A DNA stretch of 63,323 nt, filler included, from Folioceros fuciformis (taxonomy: Eukaryota): NCBI GenBank assembly GCA_049999805.1. It is 5 parts of 5 records of this genome, joined end to end, with 100 filler letters (N's around TTAATTAATTAA, not from the genome) between each part and the next. Parts side by side here need not be neighbours in the genome. Positions count along the whole stretch, not along the records: positions 33,583 to 46,418 come from JBNGIO010005803.1; positions 46,519 to 54,161 come from JBNGIO010005805.1; 3 more parts are not named here. The stretch is one strand, 5' to 3'. Positions 36,853-46,909 of this stretch are shown here, piece by piece; position 1 is the stretch's first letter, and each line of letters starts with the position of its first letter. Position numbers and translations under genes: made by a program. Under the pieces are notes generated by a model. It was not told where the DNA came from, made no database searches, and saw only the letters and a program-made list of their open reading frames with translations.

Positions 36853-38731
36853 ATGACGTTTTCAACACCATGCTGGGAACGATGCTGGGATTTTTGCGGG
36901 GAGAAGTGTGCCAACTCCGGAAGAGGGGCATTTACGAGTACCGCAGGAAAGTCGAGAGTTTCCATGTCAAGTCAGCACAGGGGGCAACTGCTGGCTTACC
37001 CTCGTCTAGCCAAAGGCTTTTCAACCATTTGTTCACCCTCGAGACCTTCTCCTTGTTCGCAGAGAAGGCGGAATGTAAGTCTAGTAGGGATCGGTTTGGG
37101 TGGGAGGAAGGACGGGTCGTCAATTCAGTGGATGAGAGGGCCAAGAGCAGCAGGAGCAGCTGGGGCAGCCGCTGACTGTAGTGGAGCAAATACGACTTGC
37201 AATGCGCATGATTACTTGCAGGTGTGGTCTGTTGGAGGAACTTGCTCAGGAGCTTCAATTATTCCAAGTTGTTTTTATCTACAATTGCTTCAGACTTGCT
37301 GTCCATTATGTCAACTTAGGTTCGAGGGGTGAAGTATCGGAAGCCTGGAACCACAGATTTTCTTCTAACCAATGTCAACTTGTGTCTCCCACAGAAGAGG
37401 TCACACAGAGTTATCCTGCAGCTGCTTCTGTTGTCAGATTCGTAGCTCTGCTTTGGCAGCTATCGTCCACCCGTTATTGAACTATGCGTTTGTTACGCAG
37501 GCTGGGTTTGATCTATGGGCGCAGTGGGAGTGGGAAAACAACCCTCTTGCAGGTGATTCCTCGTATCCAGTAGCTATGTTTCAGGCGCCACTATTTGGTT
37601 ATTTAACACAGGGGTGCTCCTTGCAGCTGCTGGCAGGGTTAAACACACCCTCTGAGGGATCAATCACGGTGGGGACAGAGACCTACGGCAACTCCAGAAG
37701 GTCCTCCCACCAGGGACCGCTCTCTGCCAAGGCTGGCATAGTGTTCCAGTTCCCCGAAAGGTAAATCTTGAGCTCGTTATGTCAGTCCGAAAGCAAGTCT
37801 CTTTTTCAGGGTGTACAGCTTCCCTTGGACCGGCTGGCTTCTTAGATTCTTCTCAACAACTTGGGTGTAGGTATTTTTTGACTGACACGATTTTGGATGA
37901 GCTTGTGTTTGGATGGCCACGACGCACTGCTGATGAAGAGCTGAGGAGGAAGCTGACGTTTCGACTGCAAAATGCCATATATGCTGTACAATACGTCTGC
38001 CCGTATTCTAGCCCCTTGTGACCACTGGCAGAACAGAGAATTTCTGATAACAGTTATCTTGCGTGTCGTTTCAGGTTGGCCTTGCAGGGATCCCATTGGA
38101 TACTGATCCCCGATCTCTGAGTGATGGTTTCAAGCGCCGCCTGGCTTTGGCTGTACAGCTGGTAATCTCACATATTTTTGGTTCAATTTCTTGGTGTGGC
38201 ATTCTGCTGATCTCCAGTTCTCAGTGTTTTTTGTTCCAAATGTGCATGTGGAAATTATCAAGAGCAGTAGAGCAGAAACTTGTTGTTTGCTGTGAAACCA
38301 TTCCGGACCTCCCCAGCTCCTTAACCAACGTCCTGTTCATGCAGGTTCGAATGCCGGACATACTTTTGCTGGATGAACCTCTTGCCGGTCTAGGTAAGGC
38401 CCTTCCATTCCCTCACTCACTGTGGTAACGACTTTGATGAACCCTAGCATTCAAGTCATCACCCAAAGTTATTTTCCTTGTCAGATTGGATGGCGCGGGC
38501 AGAGTTGGTCAGACTGCTATCAAAACTGAAGCAAACACAGACACTCATTATTGTCAGCCATGATTTGAAGTAAGCGCAAAATGCTGTGAACGCTCAGCAC
38601 TGAAAGATAAATCCCACAGTTGTGCTCATTTGTGTGATTCTGGTTGACACAGGGAATTGACGCCTTTAGTCGACAAGGCGTGGGAAATGGAGATGGGTGG
38701 GAGGCTCACTGAACAAGCCTGGCCTCAGTGA
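36853..38731 (+). CDS. ABCI11: ABC transporter I family ATPase, ABCI11/NAP14-like (ECF-type nucleotide-binding subunit, probably plastid-targeted), ~9 exons
   Basis: Spliced frame: transit-like N-terminus, VRGVKYRKPGT..LLTNVNL, Walker A GRSGSGKTTLLQLLAGL, GIVFQFPERYF..ILDELVFGWPR, signature LSDGFKRRLALAVQL, Walker B LLLDEPLAGLDW, H-loop VSHDL, ELTPLVDKAWEMEMGG. TGA at 38729-38731. The start could be 36853 or 36964. Confidence 0.88.
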
Positions 38732-39605
38732 GCTTGTAGGTTCTGCTGAAGCTTACAGGTAACAGCCAGATTACTTCACATTGATCCGACCTATCATAAG
38801 CTGTCCAGTTTTTGGCCGTAGTCACAGCATGGATCTCTTGTTCGACTGGCGCGATGACGTGCTGGCGGTATAGGCCGAAGCGTGCCAAACGAGATCAAAC
38901 CAGCTAAGTTTTTCTTCATTGAAAAAAACTTTGCAAGCATCAGGAGGAGTTTAATTGCTTTAACCGGAGTCACGTGGGACAAAATTGATATAAAGAGAAA
39001 AAGTATGCTTGATAGAAGTAAGTATAAAATTGTTAAGATTTTTGAGATACTATTAGCACAAGAGAAGAAAAATAGAGGAGCTCAGTTCATTCATTGAAGG
39101 CTACCACTCTCATGACTAGTATTCATCGTACTCTCCTAAGAAGAGACACTAGCATTTTTCAACCCTCATTCTCTTACGATAACATTTCACGCGGTACATT
39201 TGCTAACCCTCCAATGCTAACCCTCCAAGATACATTTGCTAACCCTCCAAGATAACATTCATGCAGGACACCAGTACATATTAATTTGTCAACCCTTATA
39301 CATAGTACATATTTGTCAACCCTTTGAAGATAATATAAGTTATATGTGGTACTTTCTAACCCTCCTAAATAGTGGTTTGCATAGTACTTTCCAACCATGT
39401 TAACATAACGGTTTGCATGGTCCTTTCTACTTGTCCTACAATAACGGTTTGCAGGATCCTCTCTACCCGTCCTAAGATAACGGTTTGCACTAATGTATGG
39501 ACTTTTCAATTGTCCTAACATAGGGGTCTGCATAAAATGTACTTTCCAACCCTCCTATGATAATGGACGGTTCGTACGACCTTTGGAAGACATTCGTTTG
39601 CATAG

Positions 39606-40010
39606 TACTTTCCAACCCTCCTAAGATATCGGTTTGTAGGGTATGTTCCAACCCTCCGAAGATACCGGTTTGTAGGGTATGTTCCAACCCTCTGAAGATA
39701 CTAGTTTGTAGGGTATGTTCCAACCCTCCGAAGATACCGATTTGTAGGGTATGTTTTAACCCTNNNNNNNNNNGTTCCAACCCTCCGAAGATACCGATTT
39801 GTAGGGTATGTTTTAACCCTCCGAAGATACCAGTTTGTAGGGTATGTTTCAACCCTCTGAAGATACTGGTTGGTAGGGTATGTTCCAACCCTCCGAAGAT
39901 ATAGGGTATGTTCCAACCCTCTGAAGATACCGATTTGTAGGGTATGTTCCAACCCTCCAAAGATACCGGTTTGTAGGGTATGTTCCAACCCTCCTAAGAT
40001 ATCGGTTTGG
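39606..40010. repeat. 36-bp minisatellite array (TTCCAACCCTCCGAAGATACCGGTTTGTAGGGTATG) with degenerate copies back to ~39170
   Basis: Period 36 (copies at 39611, 39647 and onward), roughly ten copies, with an internal 10-N gap. Confidence 0.9.
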
Positions 40011-40159
40011 TTTGCGTGGCACTTCGTACCCTCCTATGATACCATTTTGTATGATGCTTCCAACTCTCTTAAAATAGCAACTACTATCTAAGATACCATT
40101 TGGCATGGTACTTTCAAACTCTTTTAAGATAGAGGCTAGCATTTTCCAACTATCCCAAA

Positions 40160-40380
40160 CTTCTTAATTGTCTTCATGGGATCATGAAGATGCCAAACTC
40201 CTAAGATAAGAGTCTTCGTGAGATAGTGAAGATGCAGGACTCCTAAGATAAGAGTCTTCATGGGATCCTGAAGATGCTTGACTCCTAAGACAAGGGTCTT
40301 CATGGGATTGACAAATACCTAACTCCTTAAGATAACTTTCTTCATGGGATTGTGCAGATACTCAAATCCCAAGATATCAA
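40160..40380. repeat. 42-bp minisatellite (ACTCCTAAGATAAGAGTCTTCATGGGATC..GAAGATGC..)
   Basis: Copies at ~40197, 40239, 40281, 40322. Confidence 0.8.
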
Positions 40381-42395
40381 TTTGTAGAGGTCTCCCACTT
40401 TCACGATAAACTTCATAATAGTAAATATGTGGAAGTATATTTCTGAGTCATAGGTACCCGTACAAAACGATGCTGGCCGCCTTTATCTTCTCGGTATGTA
40501 CTGGGTTCCGTTCTTCTTGGACCATTTCCTGAAAGCCCCAACAAGTTGGACTTCCCCCTGCCAAAAGGGACGGCATGGCTAGCAGAGCCTGCCATCCCTC
40601 TTCCACTGGCAGAAGTTGAAGTCCAAGGATAAAGCTGGTGGGGTTGGTGGGCAGATGCGCGTCCAAATTGACAGCCTGCGTTTGTCTGTGTCATTTCCCA
40701 CACTTGGTGTCGGAAAGATAAAAGCGATTTGCAAACCTTGTGGGCTGTGACAGGTGGAGAAGCTTCTCGATTCCCCTGCCACCCAATACTGGCCCTGCAT
40801 TCAGGATGTCATCAACGGACAGGACGTACCGATTCCCGCAATTGGAAACGAGGAATCGTGAAAGGGCCGCAAATGTGTTCAAGGTGCTCTTGCCCGCCTG
40901 AGTGCCAGCTCACTCGGAGCTTGAAAACCCGGTTCACCACCCGGTTCGAACCGGGCCTGCGCCCGAAGCGGAGGTCCGGGTCCTACCCTCCCAGCCACCA
41001 GGGGCCGCCCTGGGAAGGCGGCCACAACGTTGCCTCTCGTGTTCAATGGACTTCCCAACGGAGCGATGTCGTAGAGCACGCGGAGGAGGGGGATTCCGAG
41101 ATCCACCACGTTTTGCGATCTTGGAGCTATAGTTTCCTAGATGGATGGTGTGGAAGTGTTGATGATCTTAGCCGATTCCGAGTTCCTCAACCAGGTCGGG
41201 AGGGAGCAGCTGATCAGCATCGTTGCGCACGTCAGATCTGCCATGGCGGCTTCCAGTGAAGTGAGCTGTAGTCTCACTCTCCTTCCTAGTATTAGAGCTC
41301 GTTGCTGAAAGTTTTGCAATTTTTCTCGATTGCTGTCTCTGAAGTTTCGAGCTAAGCTCGATATGCTTATAGCAGCCGCTGTTTTGTTTTGCTGATCATG
41401 TTGAGCCTGTGTGTGTTTTTTGGCACGGGTGGCAGAGCTTTGGGTGAACGCGTTCTGGGAATTCTTAACGTGTTGTAGTGATCTTATCGCAGCAGGGATC
41501 TGGGCTCCTTGCCTGCCTGGGTCACTGCAACCGCGCGAAACGTCGTGAGCCTCCAGGAATGGCCTAGTTTCCGGACCAACCTCGAAAACATGGAGGCAGT
41601 CCACGTCTGATCAGCTGCGTTTCTGCCTGTACAGCTTAGCGCAGCCTCGTTCCAAGCATACGAAAGAAATGTGCGGCTCAATAATCCCACTCCTTCATTG
41701 AAAGTGCACACAAGCTGAAGGCCAGGAGTGACCGGTCCAGCGCTCTGTACCTCCTTCGATCTTGGAAGCTTCCAAGGGCATATGGGCCTGCGGTGCACGG
41801 CGTCGATATGTATGTATTTCCTCTACTGGCCACCTAGCTAAAACTCAAATTGACACCTGGTGCACATCTCGTTGTGATGGCATTGCGCCCTGGACGTTGG
41901 GCGTCAACAAGGACCTCTTTGATTTGATGTTTCTCACCATGATGGTTCGATTGTACAAGACGCATGACACGTATGGGCAGTAGCTCGCTGGTCGCACGAT
42001 GTTTCCCAACGGCTTGCATGCAAGATTCGAGTATCGTGGCCTGCTGCAGCCTGCTGAGGATTGTCTGAACACCGCTTTGATAGCTTAGGTGAGACGTCAC
42101 TGTTGCCTGACCTTGCCTACCCTCCGGATTCCTCCGAACTAGGCCTGTCGGTCCTGCGCAGCCCCTACAGAAGTGTGCAGGCCCACTGGCACCACGAATA
42201 TAAATGATGGTCAGGCTGCACTCACCCCCTGGTCCTGCAGAGGAACGACTCGAATTCCTTGTTCACACAGGAACGGGCAGCGCCTTGAGTAAGTAGGAGG
42301 GAAGTTGCTGCGAGGCCCAGGCCTGTTTCTCGCTCTGAGAGGGAGCTCCGGTCTTGTCAATGTACGCCATCGCACTGGCCTCCGGAATGCGTGCC

Positions 42396-43658
42396 ATGGA
42401 CGTCCTGCAGGAGGAGGATTTGGTCTTAGTAGCGAGCTAGAGGAAGGCCACTTCTACTTCCCTGGGAGAGCATCCTGCAGCACAAGCACAGTCAGCTGCA
42501 GGAGAGGACTTGAGAAAAATATGCATCTGCGCTGGCCTCTCAGAGGAGGAGAAAGTGCAGGTCATGGACTACGCGCGTACGGAGGAGGCTCAGGAGTTCC
42601 GTGCTGAGGGTGGGATCCGGAAGAGCCGCTGGGAAGAAGGCAGCTGGGTTCGGGAAGCTGAGAAGGGTGCGTCAGAGGTGAAGAATCGGAAGAACGATGC
42701 GGCCTCAGAAGTACCGGTGAAGGCAGGAGGAAAGGGATGGGAGGAGCAAGCACCTCAGAATCGGGAGAGGAAGCAGCAGGACGGAAGGGGGGAGGCCGGC
42801 TCGGAGGCATGTGGTTGGAATTTGGTGGTCAAGTCTGGAAATGGGACATTCTTTGACTCCCGTCCGCGCTCTCCCTCCGCTTGTGTGGATGCCGGTTTGA
42901 GTTGGGGAGAGGGGTATTCGAACTTGGGGTACTTTGAAAGAGTGGTGCGCGTGGAGGCTGGCGGGTGGCTCCTGCAGGTCAGGGTGGCGTATACAGCGGC
43001 AGCAGTGGAGGAATGGCTCAGCAAATGCACCGCAGAGGACAAACTGTTCGGCTTCGATCTGAAATGGCGACCCGACAGCCTCAGCGGGGATGACAACAAG
43101 GCAGCCGTGCTGCAGCTTTCACTGGCTTCCCGATGCCTTGTGGTGCAGCTCCTCTTCATAGACCGCATTCCTTCTTCCCTTGTGGAGCTGCTGGCTGACC
43201 CACAAGTGAAACTCGGGGGAGTGGGAATCAAGGTCGATTCTCAGAAGCTGCTTGTAGACCACGGGTTGAGGTGCCGCGGCGAGGTGGACCTGGCTGTGTA
43301 TGCCGCACAAGTGCTGAACCAGAACAGGATGTGTCAGGCGGGACTCTCCACACTCTCCCAGTCCATCCTTGGCCTGCCTCACAGGACCCGCAAGGCACTA
43401 TCGTGCAGCAATTGGGAAGTGGAGGGCTTGAGCTTCTCCCAAATCCGGTACGCGGCCAGCGATGCCTGGATCTCATACTCGCTGCTTGTCGCTCTACACA
43501 ATGTGGAAGCCCAAGGCCAAGCCCGCCTGGGGCGTGAAGGCCACCCCACTCAGCCACATGTTCAGCCATTCCTGTTGAGTATGGAGGAACGAATTCGCGA
43601 CATGGAAGACGTGGTTGCATTCCTCAAACAGAGAGCAGCACGAAACCACCGCTCTTGA
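42396..43658 (+). pseudogene. Werner-syndrome-like (WEX) DEDDy 3'-5' exonuclease, intronless, probably disabled
   Basis: Exo I FGFDLKWRP (consensus DxEW), KAAVLQL..CLVVQL, Exo II GVGIKVDSQKL, Exo III SNWE...LSFSQIRYAASDAW. The ATG at 42396, homologous to the paralog start, is followed by an in-frame TAG at 42438-42440. ATG 42564 could give a shorter product. Confidence 0.75.
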
Positions 43659-46061
43659 AGAAGAACCAGGACCTACGACGTCGGACCGAGCTCGGGCACG
43701 TGCGAGATACACGATTAGCACAGAACGCCAGTGCCATGTACAAATCGAACGTGAACTTGGTGTGGAAGGAGGTGCTCTGGACTCTCTCCCCGTTCTCGTT
43801 TGTGGGAGACCTAAAGAAAAGTCTTCATCGTTTTTTTATGGTGGTTGTTGTTGCTGCGTTTTAGACCAGTTGTTTGATTGAGTTGAGCACGGTTTATGTT
43901 ACAGAATAAATATAAATATATTTTATATACTGTAATTGCCACCAAATTCGTCTCCACCCTTATGGAATAAGCTATGGCTCCCATTACATGTCTCCACATT
44001 TACCCAGTTACCGCAGTTGCGTAGGAATTTGTCAAATGTGATGCTCATCTGGTCCGCCTGGCGGGCTGGCATGCGACAGAGTACTGTAGCTCGTCGGTAC
44101 GCTACCCCTGCTGTCCAATCCTGGCCCTGAATTCAGGATGACATCAACGGACAGGACCTCGTACCGGGGTCACTCGAGAGGCGTCACAGAACCGCCACCG
44201 CACCGGTTCCTTCAAACCTCTTGGCCGCGGAACGCGACATTGCCAGCCCACCCGGCTCGGACCAGACCTTCAACCGAAGCACATGTCCGGGTCCTACCCT
44301 CCCTGCCGCCTCTCCACCGGCCCCGCCGAGGGTAACCATTGCGCTGTCTGTGCTGCTGCCGACCGACGCCGGTTGCTATGGCGGACTGGGAAATTTGGGA
44401 GGAGGCCAAAGGAGACGCGCCCTCGCGGTGGAGGAGGAAGGCCTGGTTGAGGGCCAAGTTCCGCGTGCTTCGAGCTCGTGGCCTCCCGATCCCAACGGAG
44501 AGCCGACCGGCGTGAATGCGGTATCCACTCTGAGCTCCGAACCGGTAAGGACTAGCCTGAGCTACACAGCTCGCTTTGCAGGAGAAGGTATCTCGCCGCC
44601 TTCCCTGCCGGGTTGCAACCGCAACTGCCCTGAGCCCACCCCAGGTTCCGGCTTGTTTTGGATTCAAGAGGCCATTGGAGCAGGAACGTTGATCGAAATT
44701 TGTCGAGCCTGGGTACCTTCGGATTCAGTTCATGAAACACGGACACGCGTGATGCGACTGAGCTGGTTACTCGAAGACTGAACTGTCCATGGCTGGCTGG
44801 CTGACTCCATCTTTCCCCGCAGGCCCTGTATCCGAACCCACTTCCTCCGTGGTCCCTGTTCCTTTTCCGGATCAGCCTTGCCAAGGCCGGGTCAAGCCAA
44901 AACCTCCAGTCATGCCCCGTTTGGGCCAATGATGCCTGGCCGGCAGTGCTACCAAGCGGGGAATGTTTTCATTCTAGGTGTAAGTAGCTAGGTCTAACAC
45001 CTAGCCAAGATGCAAAACACACTTTCCTGCGACCCTTCTACACTCTGAGCAGATACGCCTCAGAGTCTCTTCAGCCTGAAGAGACTCATGACACCTCAAG
45101 AGTCTTCAGGTGTCATGAGTTCACACTAGGGATACTACACGGAGCGACCTTCCACGTAGTTGCATGCCTCTGCCGCAAAGATGAGCTCATCCCTGCAGCA
45201 ACTTCTGACCATGGTCGACACTTGCTTTGTCGCTAATGCAGCCGAGGTGTTCCCACTTCCAAGCATTAGCAACATGTCGGGACCCCTTGAACCTGCACAC
45301 CATGAGTGACCAGTACAGCGCTCTGTACCTTCGACCTCAGAAGCTTGCAGGTGCGTCAGGGGCTCTTCAGTGAAGTACTAGGCGCTGTAGCGTCATCTCC
45401 ATTTGTCCTTTCTCTGTCCATGACGGAAATCAGTCCTTTAAAAGGACTTTAATAAAATTCTTCTTCCTATTCCTCTCTCTAGGCCAGCGTACCTGGCGTG
45501 CACATTATGGTGATCAGCACCGGACATTGGGGGTGACGAGAGAGCCAGCATACCGGGCGTGCACATTATGGTGATGTGCACTAGACGTCGGACCTGAAGG
45601 GACATATAATGGTTCGACTGTACAAGATACTGATGGGAAGCAGCTCCCTGATAGCACGATGATTCTGTTCCCGACGCGATTTGAATGCAAAATTTCAGTC
45701 CAAGTAAGTACCAACCTGATCAGATCTGGCTGTCTCAACAACCCTCTGACAGGGTGGCTAACGTCACTGCTGCCTGATCCCGATTCCCCTTCGGATTCAA
45801 CCTTACGTCTCCTAGGCCCTTCAGTTGTAGCCTGTCCAGCTGCCACGGGATGCCTGTAGAGCCGCTGGCGACACCGATGCAAAATAATGTCCGAGCAGCG
45901 CAGGGGCCATGGTACTGTGGAGGAAGCAGCATGTTCACGCAGGAGTAGGCACAGCCTGAGTCTGAAGACGGAAAGTTGATGTGAGGCTCGTGGGCTGCCC
46001 TGCCCTAGCTAGGTGGGAGCTCTAGGTATATCTACATACGAGTGGAACCGGAGGAGGTGAT

Positions 46062-46418
46062 ATGGAAGTCCTGACGCAGGAGGAGAATGTCGTGGCAGCG
46101 CAACTGGCTTCCATTTCCGTGGAAGAGCAGCATCCTGGAGGGCCGGTACGGTCGGCTGGAGCAGAGAGCTTGCAGGAGTTAAGCGAAGTAGGCATCTTCG
46201 GTGGCTTCGAGGAGGAGGGAGGGAAGTTAATGGGCTTCACGGATGAAGCTCAGGAGTTCCATGTTCAGGGTGGGGGGAGAAGGTGCAGTGAGTGGGAGGA
46301 AGGCGGAGTTGGGGATGTTTGGAAGGATGCATGGGAGTCCAAGGGGCACTGCGGACATGGGTCGGAGGCGAAAGCACCTGAGCTCAGAGAGCTGAATGAT
46401 GCATGGGAGTTCGAGGAC
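46062..46418 (+). CDS. N-terminal fragment of a second WEX-like paralog, truncated by the linker
   Basis: MEVLTQEE..EQHPGG..QEFHVQGGGRRCSEWEEG aligns with MDVLQEED..GEHPAA..QEFRAEGGIRKSRWEEG of the 42396 copy. The frame is open up to the gap, so the nuclease domain is not visible. Confidence 0.6.
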
Positions 46419-46518
46419 NNNNNNNNNNNNNNNNNNNNNNNNNNNNNNNNNNNNNNNNNNNNTTAATTAATTAANNNNNNNNNNNNNNNNNNNNNNNNNN
46501 NNNNNNNNNNNNNNNNNN
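46419..46518. other. Artificial contig linker
   Basis: 44N-TTAATTAATTAA-44N. Confidence 0.95.
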
Positions 46519-46667
46519 ACTCTCTAGGCTATCACTTAGTGATAGATTCGGATGACTCATAAATTTCAATGCAACCTTTTTTACTATTAGGATGTGAACT
46601 GTGAACTATGGACAAAGAGAATGTCTGCTGTATTTGTTTTCCTACATTTGTTTCCAACTTCGGCAAG

Positions 46668-46789
46668 TGGTGCATACTCGTTTTGGCCATGCTAGCCTTC
46701 TCAACAGCTTTCTCGACGTTGAGCGAATGGTGCATACTCGTTTTGGCCATGGTAGCCTTCTCAACAGCTTTCTCGACGTTGAGGGAATG
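46668..46789. repeat. 60-bp tandem duplication
   Basis: TGGTGCATACTCGTTTTGGCCATG.TAGCCTTCTCAACAGCTTTCTCGACGTTGAG.GAA at 46668 and 46728. Confidence 0.88.
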
Positions 46790-46909
46790 CGCTGCAACCA
46801 CGTGAGCATATCAACCACCCTGTACTCTGCTGCTGATGGAAAGCATGATGTTGATTTGCAAGATCTAATTTGGGCTTTCAAACTACTCAAACCACACATT
46901 AGCATTTAG

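Larger units (their letters stand above)
40790..46418 (+). repeat. Diverged tandem segmental duplication (~3.3-3.7 kb unit) carrying a WEX-like exonuclease gene
   Basis: Shared blocks: GGCCCTG.ATTCAGGATG.CATCAACGGACAGGAC (40791, 44122), CCGGGTCCTACCCTCCC (40976, 44288), CAGCGCTCTGTACCT (~41738, ~45316), ATGGTTCGA.TGTACAAGA (~41942, ~45609) and homologous ORF starts (42396, 46062). Confidence 0.8.

Noticed and set aside
39606-40010. 36-bp repeats as a CRISPR array or as a GIFGGLEHTLQT repeat protein
   Set aside because: Units are contiguous with no unique spacers, no cas genes are present and the context is eukaryotic. The ORFs arise because the period is a multiple of three.
41600-41700. RTFLSYAW as a TIR-domain start on the minus strand
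   Set aside because: One short motif, not clearly conserved in the paralogous unit, and no downstream TIR features.
635-46418. A functional silencing cluster made of the TRF4-like, DRM and WEX genes
   Set aside because: The WEX copies lie beyond two artificial linkers, and unrelated housekeeping genes separate the TRF4-like gene from DRM; nothing supports co-regulation.
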